A stretch of DNA of 64,000 nucleotides, from positions 4,528 through 68,527 of the forward strand of contig DATIFP010000249.1 of assembly GCA_035455165.1 (NCBI GenBank), given 5' to 3'. How positions within the stretch are numbered: position 1 is the first letter of the stretch; the number at the start of each line of letters is the position of its first letter. The position numbers and the translations under genes are program-made. A model generated the notes under the pieces. That model saw nothing but the letters and a program-made list of their open reading frames with translations, had not been told where the DNA came from and ran no database searches. Shown here piece by piece: positions 47,180 to 55,769 of this stretch. This DNA is from Blastocatellia bacterium. Its GTDB lineage: Bacteria > Acidobacteriota > Blastocatellia > UBA7656.

Positions 47180-48531
47180 GAAGCCGTTTTCAAAGCTTCG
47201 AGCTTGTCGGTTATGGAAAAGCGAATCTCTTCCAGGTGGTCCTCGCTGTCGGCCTCGAATCGCAGAACCAGGACTGGCTGAGTGTTTGAAGCGCGCACGA
47301 GTCCCCAGCCGTTCTTGAACAGAATCCGCGCGCCGTCGATGTCGATTACCTCGTGGGTCTTTTTGAACTCTTCGGTCAGTCGCCGCACAACTTCAAACTT
47401 CTTATCGTCGGGACACTCGACCCTGATCTCGGGCGTGTTGAACATTCGAGGAACGCCGGCGAGCTGACTCGTCAGCGGCCTGTCTATTTTGCTCAGGATT
47501 TCAATTAATCGAGCGCCCGCATAGATCGCATCGTCGTAGCCAAAATAGCGATCGGCAAAGAACAGGTGTCCGCTCATCTCGCCAGCCAGAGCGGCGCTCG
47601 TCTCTTTCATCTTGGCTTTTATAAGAGAGTGGCCTACCTTCCACATAATCGGATTGCCGCCGTGACTCCTGATGTCGTCGAACAGTGTCTGCGAGCACTT
47701 CACTTCCCCGATGATCGTCGCGCCCGGCCGCTCCTTCAAGATGCTCCTCGAGAAAATGATCATCAGTTGATCGCCCCACAGAACTGTGCCGGTCTCGTCA
47801 ACCACCCCAATTCGATCGGCATCGCCGTCATAGGCGATTGCGAGATCGGCTTTGTGTTCACGGACCGCGTTGACGGCAAAGCGCATGTTCTCGATAACAG
47901 TGGGATCGGGATGGTGATTGGGGAAGCGGCTGTCGGGCTCGCAGAAGAGCTCAATCACGTCGCATCCGAGCTCGCGATAGAGCGGAGCTCCGATGAATCC
48001 GCCCATTCCGTTGCCCGCGTCGACTACGACCTTTAGCTTCCGTGGCCCGACAGTTATGTTCGACCTGATGTGTTCCTGATAAACGTCAACGATGTCACGT
48101 TCTTCTTTCTTGCCCTGACCGCTGGCAAAATTCCTCTCCAGCGCGATCTGCTTTATCTCGCCGATCTGCTCCCCGTGAATAGTGCTCTTCCCCAGGCAAA
48201 CCTTGAATCCGTTGTTGTCGGGCGGGTTGTGGCTGCCGGTTATCATTACGCCCGAGTCGACGCCCTGGGTAAACAGCGTGAAGTACAGCACTGGAGTCGG
48301 CACCATTCCGATGTCGAGCACATCGCAGCCGGTCTCGGTCAATCCCCGAATCACAATGTCTCGAAAGCGTGGAGAGCTTTCCCGCGCGTCGCGCCCGACG
48401 CTGGCCCGGCGGGCGCCATTCGCGCGGAGAAACGTGCCGATTGCCCTGGCCAGATCGTACACAGTCTCATCCGTCAGATCCCGATCGACTACGCCTCTGA
48501 TGTCATACTCGCGAAAGATGTGTTCGTTCAT
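47176..48531 (-). CDS. phosphomannomutase/phosphoglucomutase
   Basis: FREYDIRGV, the active-site TGSHNPPDNNGFK and the Mg-site DGDADR. GGAGG lies 7 nt before the ATG at 48531 (the longest ORF reaches 48681). Confidence 0.85.
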   Translation of the reverse strand: MNEHIFREYDIRGVVDRDLTDETVYDLARAIGTFLRANGARRASVGRDARESSPRFRDIVIRGLTETGCDVLDIGMVPTPVLYFTLFTQGVDSGVMITGSHNPPDNNGFKVCLGKSTIHGEQIGEIKQIALERNFASGQGKKEERDIVDVYQEHIRSNITVGPRKLKVVVDAGNGMGGFIGAPLYRELGCDVIELFCEPDSRFPNHHPDPTVIENMRFAVNAVREHKADLAIAYDGDADRIGVVDETGTVLWGDQLMIIFSRSILKERPGATIIGEVKCSQTLFDDIRSHGGNPIMWKVGHSLIKAKMKETSAALAGEMSGHLFFADRYFGYDDAIYAGARLIEILSKIDRPLTSQLAGVPRMFNTPEIRVECPDDKKFEVVRRLTEEFKKTHEVIDIDGARILFKNGWGLVRASNTQPVLVLRFEADSEDHLEEIRFSITDKLEALKTAS

Positions 48532-48598
48532 TCTTCTCCTCCGGCAAGCGCCTCTTTTCATTCTGTCGCACCGGCGTGGCTTGAGCAACCCCGGAGCG

Positions 48599-48651
48599 AA
48601 TTGCCGATTGCCGATTAGCAGTTCATTTCTTTCAATCGGCAATCGGCAATT
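48599..48651. repeat. perfect 18-bp inverted repeat built from TTGCCGA(T) units
   Basis: AATTGCCGATTGCCGATT (48599-48616) and AATCGGCAATCGGCAATT (48634-48651) flank a 17-nt AT-rich loop. Confidence 0.75.
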
Positions 48652-48902
48652 CCTGATCCTTGTTCGAATGTGGACAAGCAATTCCCAAGTCCGAATAGCG
48701 GGTCATCACTTTAATTTTCTCGGAGCGCGGTAAACGTAACAATTCGGGGGCTTTCAACTTGCGTCGACTATGGCACACGGCTTGGCTATATAACGGCGGA
48801 GCATCGCGTGGATTTGGTTTGGCCGCTACAGTGTTTCGTGTATGATCAAATCAATCGAAGTCGGCAGATTCGATACCACCATCTTCAGTCAGGAGTAGAA
48901 CA

Positions 48903-49568
48903 ATGATTGCGTTACGCAATGTTGAAAAGTTCTTCGAATCGGGCGTGGGCAAGACCTTCGTGCTCCGCCGAATAAACATCGATATCAAGCCTGGCGAATT
49001 CGTTTCAGTAATGGGCCCATCGGGCGCCGGCAAGTCTACCTTGCTGCACATCCTGGGAATGCACGACAGCGCGTGGAGCGGCGAATTCAGTTTCCTCGAG
49101 CAGCCAGTCCACAAGCTCGGCAAAAAAGAGAGAGCCGAGCTGCGCAACAAGAACATCGGATTTGTCTTTCAGAGCTATCACCTGCTAGACCATATGACGG
49201 TCTACGAGAACCTCGAAGTGCCGCTCTCATATCGCGATGTCAAGAGATCAGAGCGGGAGAGCATCGTTTGCGATGTGCTCGATCGCTTTCAGATCGTTGG
49301 CAAGCGAAATCTGTATCCGACTCAGCTCTCGGGCGGCCAGCAGCAGCTTGTGGGCGTCGCCCGGGCGGTGATCGCAAATCCAAAAGTGATCCTCGCCGAT
49401 GAGCCAACGGGCAACCTGCATTCGGACCAGGGCAAGGAAATCATGGAGCTGTTCAAGCGCCTCAACGAAGGGGGAACGACGATCATACAGGTGACCCACT
49501 CCGAGGTGAACGCTTCGTATGGACATCGGGTGATCAAGCTCAGAGACGGCTGGGTAGTGAATGATTAA
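48903..49568 (+). CDS. ABC transporter ATP-binding protein (MacB/LolD/FtsE-like), stand-alone ATPase
   Basis: Walker A GPSGAGKST, Q-loop, signature LSGGQQQ and Walker B ILADEPTG. Confidence 0.85.
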   Translation: MIALRNVEKFFESGVGKTFVLRRINIDIKPGEFVSVMGPSGAGKSTLLHILGMHDSAWSGEFSFLEQPVHKLGKKERAELRNKNIGFVFQSYHLLDHMTVYENLEVPLSYRDVKRSERESIVCDVLDRFQIVGKRNLYPTQLSGGQQQLVGVARAVIANPKVILADEPTGNLHSDQGKEIMELFKRLNEGGTTIIQVTHSEVNASYGHRVIKLRDGWVVND

Positions 49569-49580
49569 GCAGCAGCGAAT

Positions 49581-49661
49581 CTGGGAGCGCAGGCGTCCCG
49601 CCTGCCATGCTCTGGATCGCCCGCTTCAGCAGGAATGCAGGCGAGACGCCTGCGCTCCCAG
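49581..49661. repeat. 25-bp inverted repeat (24/25) made of two GCAGGCG-N3-CGCCTGC hairpin units
   Basis: CTGGGAGCGCAGGCGTCCCGCCTGC (49581-49605) pairs with GCAGGCGAGACGCCTGCGCTCCCAG (49637-49661). The loop is 31 nt. Confidence 0.75.
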
Positions 49662-49786
49662 GGGTTCTATGCTACGTGTTCGCTTCTGAACAGGAGGTTC
49701 CCAGAAGCGGAGAAAAGGACGGCTTATCGCGAAAATGGAATTTGTGCTAACATTAGACGCGCAAGGAGTTAAGCAGGGCGCCTCGA

Positions 49787-49802
49787 TGGCACGGAACTTC
49801 CT
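49787..49802 (+). promoter_or_regulatory. weak sigma-54 (-24/-12)-like element TGGCACG-N4-TTCCT
   Basis: The -24 half is perfect (TGGCACG). The -12 half has TTCC instead of TTGC. It lies 21 nt before the HlyD ATG, which leaves an unusually short leader. Confidence 0.25.
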
Positions 49803-49822
49803 TAGTCAGGGTTGGAGGAAGT

Positions 49823-51076
49823 ATGGACATCCCGCGTAAATCTGCCGCCAAGAAACGCCGCATCAAGCGAATCGTTTACGCTCTAACGACCGTTGTTGTG
49901 GTCGGTTTGATAACCGTAGGCGTGTCCCGGTTGAAACCAGCCGCACCCAGCGTTGACGACAACACTACATTGAAGGACACGGTTAAGTTCGGGCCTTTCG
50001 TGGTTACCGTCCGTGGGCTGGGTACGTTAGTGCCTGAGGAGATCCGCTATGTGCCGGCTCTCAGCCAGGGCCGAATCGAGAAGCGACTCGTTCAGCCGGG
50101 TGCACAGGTTAAGGCCGATACCTTGCTGTTCGAACTGACGAACCCGGAAATCCAGCAGGCCTTCTCCGATGCGGAATCGCAATACCGCGCTGCCGAAGCG
50201 AATCTCACCACGCTAAAGGTTCAGCTCGAAAAGCAGATCCTGGATCAGGAAGCCACCCTGGCTCAGGTCACTTCAGACTTCAAGAAGGCCAAGATGCAGT
50301 ACGAGGTGAATGTCTCCCTGGGCAAGCAAGGCTTGAAACCGGATCTCGAAGTACAGCTATCCCAGATTGCGGCCGACGACCTAGAGAATCGCGTGCGATT
50401 GGAAACGAAGCGCGTCGCCAGCAGCCGCGAAGAGGTCAAGGCCCGGATGGCGGCCGAGGATGAGAAAGTACGCCAGCTCAAGGATGCTGTACAGCTCCGA
50501 CGCACTCAGCTTGATGCGTTGAAGGTGCGCGCGGGAATCGATGGCGAGTTGCAGACTATTGCGGTTCAGGTGGGCCAGCAGGTGACGCTGGGCCAGGAGC
50601 TGGCGAGAGTGGCAAATCCGAAACGCCTCAAGGCCGAGCTGAAGGTAAATGAAACCCAGGTCAAGGACATCGCGCTCGGACAGCTCGTAACGATTGATAC
50701 TCGAAACGGAATCATACCAGGCAAAGTGATCCGCATAGACCCATCAGTCCAAAACGGCACACGCACCGTGGACGCTTCACTCGAAGGCGAGTTGCCCAAG
50801 GGGGCAGTGCCGGATCTGAGCGTGGACGGCACGATCACAATAGTGAGGCTCGACAATGTACTCTCGGTCGGGCGGCCCGTGCACGGATCGGAGAACAGCA
50901 CCGTCGGCCTGTTCAAGGTCGACCCGGACGGAAAAGGGGCAGCCCGCGTACAGGTGAAACTGGGCAGAACTGCGGTCAACACGATAGAAGTCATTGACGG
51001 ACTCAAAGAAGGCGATCGAATCATTCTTTCCGACACGTCGCAATGGGACAACGCGGATCGCATTCGTTTGAACTGA
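49823..51076 (+). CDS. HlyD/MacA-type periplasmic adaptor (membrane fusion protein)
   Basis: N-terminal TM anchor, a long coiled-coil hairpin, and lipoyl/beta-barrel segments (GIIPGKVIRIDPSV). Confidence 0.8.
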   Translation: MDIPRKSAAKKRRIKRIVYALTTVVVVGLITVGVSRLKPAAPSVDDNTTLKDTVKFGPFVVTVRGLGTLVPEEIRYVPALSQGRIEKRLVQPGAQVKADTLLFELTNPEIQQAFSDAESQYRAAEANLTTLKVQLEKQILDQEATLAQVTSDFKKAKMQYEVNVSLGKQGLKPDLEVQLSQIAADDLENRVRLETKRVASSREEVKARMAAEDEKVRQLKDAVQLRRTQLDALKVRAGIDGELQTIAVQVGQQVTLGQELARVANPKRLKAELKVNETQVKDIALGQLVTIDTRNGIIPGKVIRIDPSVQNGTRTVDASLEGELPKGAVPDLSVDGTITIVRLDNVLSVGRPVHGSENSTVGLFKVDPDGKGAARVQVKLGRTAVNTIEVIDGLKEGDRIILSDTSQWDNADRIRLN

Positions 51077-51106
51077 CGTTCGACAAACTTGGAGGGACGA
51101 AAACAC

Positions 51107-51847
51107 ATGAGCGCTAGCGACCAACCGCTGATTCGGCTTGATGGTGTAACAAAGGTGTTTCTCACGGACGAGGTCGAGACGCACGCCCTTTCCGGCATTC
51201 ACATGGAGATAAAGAAGGGCGAATACATCTCGATAGCCGGACCCTCGGGCTGCGGCAAATCTACACTGCTTTCGATCCTGGGCTTGCTGGACTCGCCGAC
51301 CGAAGGTAACTACACACTGGCCGGCAAACCGGTTGCCGACCTTCCGCTTTCCGAGCGGGCGCGAGTTCGCAACCGCGAAGTCGGATTCATATTCCAGAGC
51401 TTCAATCTGATCGGCGACCTGAACGTCTTCGAGAATGTCGAGCTGCCGCTGACCTATCGAGGCGTCAAGGCGGCCGACCGCAAGAAGCGCGTGATGGAGG
51501 CTCTCGAACGCGTCGGCATGGCCCATCGAGCGAAGCACCTTCCGAGCCAGCTATCCGGCGGTCAACAACAGCGCGTCGCAGTGGCGCGAGCGGTCGCCGG
51601 CGATCCGCTCATCCTCCTTGCGGACGAGCCCACCGGCAACCTCGACTCTACTAACGGTGAAGCGGTGATGGAGTTGCTGCGCGAGCTGCACCAACAAGGC
51701 GCGACGGTCTGTATGGTGACGCACGATCCCCGCTACGCTCGCCACGCGGACCGTCAGATCCATCTGTTTGACGGACGAGTCGTCGACGAAGAGCACGAAC
51801 CAAAGGCGGAACACGAGCTTCAAGAGAGCGGCTTCGAAAAGGTCTAA
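51107..51847 (+). CDS. ABC transporter ATP-binding protein (MacB-type ATPase), stand-alone
   Basis: GGAGGG lies 10 nt before the ATG at 51107. Walker A GPSGCGKST, signature LSGGQQQR and Walker B LLADEPTGNLD. Confidence 0.85.
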   Translation: MSASDQPLIRLDGVTKVFLTDEVETHALSGIHMEIKKGEYISIAGPSGCGKSTLLSILGLLDSPTEGNYTLAGKPVADLPLSERARVRNREVGFIFQSFNLIGDLNVFENVELPLTYRGVKAADRKKRVMEALERVGMAHRAKHLPSQLSGGQQQRVAVARAVAGDPLILLADEPTGNLDSTNGEAVMELLRELHQQGATVCMVTHDPRYARHADRQIHLFDGRVVDEEHEPKAEHELQESGFEKV

Positions 51848-52101
51848 ACGTGATACCCGCATTTAAGGGCGTCCATCTGTGATCGCCCCTTCGCCTTCGA
51901 CGATACGTCGAGAGGAAGGGCCTCCACAGAGGGGCGCCCTTACGCAACTCCAGCATGTTGCAGGTCCGATGAGTGCTCCGCGTTCCGGCTCCCTCGAGTC
52001 ACTGTCATCCTTTGGCTCCCAATTCTAAGCAAACTCCGGGTTGTAGCGGCGCCTAGTTTTTGAACTCGTTCTGAGGTTAAGATTGAGCACGTAACCACAC
52101 T

Positions 52102-53472
52102 ATGAAGGCTCAGGATTCATTCACGCCCAGAGTGCTGATAGCTGACGATCAGGCAGACGTGCTGGAAGCGTTGCGTCTGCTGCTCAAGTCCGAACGCTAT
52201 CATATCGAAACGGTCAAGCGGCCCGCAGACATAATCAAGGCGATCGAAGATCGGGATTTCGACGTGTTGCTGATGGACCTCAATTACACGCGCGACACAA
52301 CCTCAGGCGAAGAGGGTCTTGACCTCCTGGCCCGCCTGCAGAAGCTCGACAACACGTTGCCGGTGGTGGTGATGACCGCCTGGGGCAGCGTCGACGTCGC
52401 GGTCGAAGCGATGCGGCGGGGCGCCAGCGATTTCATTCAGAAGCCCTGGGACAATGCGCGATTGATCACCATCCTGCGTACGCAGGCCGAGCTCGGCCAG
52501 GCGCTTCGTAGAGGCCAGCGACTCGAAGCCGAGAACCGAATTCTACGCGACGAGGGAAAACCCAAGCTCATCGCCCAGTCCCCCGCAATGCAGCCGGTGC
52601 TTCAGATCATCGAACGCGTCGGGGGGTCGGACGCGAACGTGTTGATCACCGGCGAAAACGGCACCGGAAAGGGTGTCGTCGCCCAGACGCTTCATTCGAT
52701 GTCAGCCCGGTCATCGAAGCCGATGGTCACCGTAAACCTGGGCGGCTTGTCGGAAGGCGTGTTTGAGAGCGAGCTCTTCGGGCACGTTAAGGGAGCGTTC
52801 ACCGACGCGAAGGCCGATCGCGTGGGACGGTTTGAAATGGCCGAAGGCGGCACGCTCTTCCTGGATGAGATTGCCAACCTGCCGATCAAACACCAGCCGA
52901 AATTGCTTCGGGTGCTGGAGACCGGCGAGTTCGAGCGCGTTGGTTCATCCAAGACCCGGCGCTCGGACGTCAGGCTGATCTCCGCAACCAACGCGGATCT
53001 GGGTGAAGAGGTTTCCGCGGGCCGCTTCCGTCAGGACTTGCTCTTTCGGCTTAACACCGTCGAGATTCACCTGCCGCCGCTTCGCGACCGCCGGGAGGAT
53101 ATTCCCATACTGGCTATGCATTTCCTGCGTGGGCACGCCCGCCGCTATCGCAAGAACATGGAAGGCTTCGACGCGTCCGCAATGCAAGCGCTGTTGAGGC
53201 ACGGGTGGCCGGGCAATGTGCGCGAGCTCGATCACGCGGTTGAGCGCGCCGTACTAATGGCTTCAGGAGCCACTTTGGAGTCACGCGATCTGGGCCTGCA
53301 ATCAGGACGAGAGGTCTCACGGCGACTCGAGGACATGAGCCTCGAAGAGGTTGAAGGGTTTTTGATTCAGCGCACGCTCGCGCAATGCGACGGTAATGTG
53401 AGCCGCGCAGCGGAGAAGCTTGGCCTGAGCCGCAGCGCGCTCTACAGACGGCTTCAGCGTTTCGGGTTATGA
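52102..53472 (+). CDS. sigma-54-dependent response regulator (NtrC family) with variant GAFTDA loop
   Basis: REC domain, AAA+ domain with GENGTGKG, GAFTDA at 52792-52809, and a C-terminal HTH (SRAAEKLGLSRSALYRRL). Confidence 0.9.
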   Translation: MKAQDSFTPRVLIADDQADVLEALRLLLKSERYHIETVKRPADIIKAIEDRDFDVLLMDLNYTRDTTSGEEGLDLLARLQKLDNTLPVVVMTAWGSVDVAVEAMRRGASDFIQKPWDNARLITILRTQAELGQALRRGQRLEAENRILRDEGKPKLIAQSPAMQPVLQIIERVGGSDANVLITGENGTGKGVVAQTLHSMSARSSKPMVTVNLGGLSEGVFESELFGHVKGAFTDAKADRVGRFEMAEGGTLFLDEIANLPIKHQPKLLRVLETGEFERVGSSKTRRSDVRLISATNADLGEEVSAGRFRQDLLFRLNTVEIHLPPLRDRREDIPILAMHFLRGHARRYRKNMEGFDASAMQALLRHGWPGNVRELDHAVERAVLMASGATLESRDLGLQSGREVSRRLEDMSLEEVEGFLIQRTLAQCDGNVSRAAEKLGLSRSALYRRLQRFGL

Positions 53473-55007
53473 AGGGATTCAAAGCGCCTAACGCCCAGAT
53501 CATCCCGTGGCCTCAGGCGGAAGGTGTGCCTAATAAACAAGAACGGAACAGCGACGATCAAACGGCCGCCGAAGCATCGGAACCTGCCCGTTCGACAAGT
53601 CCCTCAGTCGGTAAAGACCCTCAGCAGCCGGCAGCCACTAGGCCAGCGAGCGTCAAGGTCTTAACACGGAACCCGGCAAAAGCGTCGAAGTTGCAGTTCA
53701 CCGCGAAACACGATCGCCGCGTTTTGTTGATGGCGCTTGCGTCCGGGTTTCCCGCGGTGCTCGTAGCTCTGATCCTCCTGTGGAGCGAATCAAATCCGGC
53801 GAGGGTGCAATGGACGCTGACGGTAGTCATAGTGGGTTTCTGGCTCGGCTTTTCACACGCGTTGCGCGAGCGGGTGGTGTTTCCGCTGCAAACTCTATCC
53901 AATTTGCTTGCCGCGTTGCGCGAGGGCGATTTCTCGATTAGAGCGCGAGGCGCGGCGCCCGACGATCCGCTGGGTGAAGCGATGCTCGAGGTAAACTTTC
54001 TCGGCCAGATTCTGAGGGAGCAGAGGCTGGGCGCCCTGGAAGCGACGGCGTTGCTCAGAACGGTGATGGCCGAGATCGAGGTCGCAATATTCGCCTTCGA
54101 CGGCGATCAGAAGCTTCGCCTGGTCAATCGCGCCGGCGAGCGTCTTGTTGCTCAACCAGCCGAACGACTCATGGGGCGTGGCGCCGGGGACCTTGGGCTG
54201 GCCGATTGCCTGAGCGGCGAGACCACTCGCACGCTTCAAATGTCGTTCCCCGGGGGCGCCGGCCGGTTTGAGGTACATCGCAGCACCTTTCGTGAACGAG
54301 GGGCCCCTCACCAGTTGCTGGTCTTATCGGATCTCAGCCGCGCGCTTCGCGAAGAAGAACGGCAAGCCTGGCAGCGGCTCGTGCGGGTGCTCGGCCACGA
54401 GCTCAACAACTCACTCGCTCCAATTAAGTCAATCGCCGGAAGCCTTGAGGGTCTGGTCGCTCGTGACCCGCGCCCGGTCGACTGGCAAGAGGACATGCGC
54501 CGCGGCTTGGGAGTGATCGCCGCAAGGGCCGCCTCGCTCAACCGTTTCATGGAAGCCTACTCGAGAATGGCGCGGCTTCCACTTCCGAAGCTGCAACCCG
54601 TCAGCGTCAGCGCGATGGTGAGGCGAGTGGTGAGCCTCGAGACTCGAATACCCATTGAGCTGCACAACGGACCCGAGATCACGATTCGCGCGGACGGCGA
54701 TCAACTCGAGCAGCTTCTGATCAACCTGGTGCGCAACGCCGTGGACGCGTCGCTCGAGACTGGCGGCGGGGTGAAAGTCGGTTGGCGTCGTAACATCAGA
54801 CAGGTTGAGGTGTGGATCGAAGATGAAGGTCCAGGTCTCTCCAACACCAGCAACTTGTTCGTGCCGTTCTTTACGACGAAGCCTGCGGGATCAGGCATCG
54901 GGCTCGTATTGAGCCGGCAGATCGCCGAAGCGCACGGCGGGACCCTAACTCTCGAGAACCGGCGCACCGGCCGCGGCTGCGAAGCCCGCCTCTGGCTGCC
55001 GATCTGA
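53469..55007 (+). CDS. sensor histidine kinase (disordered N-terminus, 2 TM, HAMP, PAS-like, HisKA, HATPase_c)
   Basis: H-box LGHELNNSLAPI, N-box NLVRNAVDA, and G-boxes DEGPGL and GSGIGLVLS. It overlaps the regulator gene by 4 nt (ATGA). Confidence 0.85.
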   Translation: MKGFKAPNAQIIPWPQAEGVPNKQERNSDDQTAAEASEPARSTSPSVGKDPQQPAATRPASVKVLTRNPAKASKLQFTAKHDRRVLLMALASGFPAVLVALILLWSESNPARVQWTLTVVIVGFWLGFSHALRERVVFPLQTLSNLLAALREGDFSIRARGAAPDDPLGEAMLEVNFLGQILREQRLGALEATALLRTVMAEIEVAIFAFDGDQKLRLVNRAGERLVAQPAERLMGRGAGDLGLADCLSGETTRTLQMSFPGGAGRFEVHRSTFRERGAPHQLLVLSDLSRALREEERQAWQRLVRVLGHELNNSLAPIKSIAGSLEGLVARDPRPVDWQEDMRRGLGVIAARAASLNRFMEAYSRMARLPLPKLQPVSVSAMVRRVVSLETRIPIELHNGPEITIRADGDQLEQLLINLVRNAVDASLETGGGVKVGWRRNIRQVEVWIEDEGPGLSNTSNLFVPFFTTKPAGSGIGLVLSRQIAEAHGGTLTLENRRTGRGCEARLWLPI

Positions 55008-55058
55008 GGGGCAGTGGGAGATGTCCTACAAACTTCTTCCGGTATGATTCAATCTCAC

Positions 55059-55769
55059 ATGAAGGTATTCGCGATTGGCGATTTGCATCTTGCAGGCGGA
55101 ACCGGCAAGACGATGGACCGGTTCGGCGAGCGTTGGCGCGACCACGATCGAAGAATCTTCGAAGCCTGGGAACGAACGGTTGCCGATGATGATCTAGTGC
55201 TCGTAGCCGGGGACACGAGCTGGGCTATGCGCCTGGAAGAAGCATTGCCCGACCTGGATCGCATTGGCCGGGCAAAAGGAGTCAAGCTCCTAGTGAAGGG
55301 TAATCACGATTATTGGTGGGAATCGAAGTCCAAGCTGACCCGCGCAATTCATCCGTCGATCAGGATATTGCAGTCGAACTCGATAATCGTCAATCGCGTC
55401 GCCGCTGCCGGAACGCGCGGTTGGATCTGCCCGAACGATTCGCACTTCGATGAGCACGCCGCCAAAATCTACGAGCGCGAGGTAGGCCGCTTGCGTTCGG
55501 CGCTCGAGTCTCTTCGCGGCCGCGAGTCCGAATTCGACTCATTGATCGTTGCATTGCACTATCCACCTACCAACCCCGATCATCAGGCTTCCGGGTTCAC
55601 TGAGCTGATCGATGAATACGGCGCGGCTTCCTGCGTGTACGGGCATCTGCACGGTGACGATATAAGCACCGCGCTTTCCGGCCTGCGGGCAAAGACCACC
55701 TACCACGTCGTCAGCGCGGATGCTGTGGACTTCGCGCCCGCGGAAATCGCAGAAATCAACGCTGCTTAG
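55059..55769 (+). CDS. metallophosphoesterase
   Basis: MKVFAIGDLHL, GDTSW, GNHDYWW and the GHLHG motif series. The start is uncertain (GTG 55014, ATG 55044 or ATG 55059). Confidence 0.7.
   Translation: MKVFAIGDLHLAGGTGKTMDRFGERWRDHDRRIFEAWERTVADDDLVLVAGDTSWAMRLEEALPDLDRIGRAKGVKLLVKGNHDYWWESKSKLTRAIHPSIRILQSNSIIVNRVAAAGTRGWICPNDSHFDEHAAKIYEREVGRLRSALESLRGRESEFDSLIVALHYPPTNPDHQASGFTELIDEYGAASCVYGHLHGDDISTALSGLRAKTTYHVVSADAVDFAPAEIAEINAA

Noticed and set aside
48771-48787. TGGCACACGGCTTGGCT as a sigma-54 promoter upstream of the first ABC ATPase.
   Set aside because: The only available GC for the -12 element sits at GG-N11-GC rather than GG-N10-GC, and at the correct spacing the dinucleotide is GG. 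The strict spacing requirement makes it unlikely to be functional.
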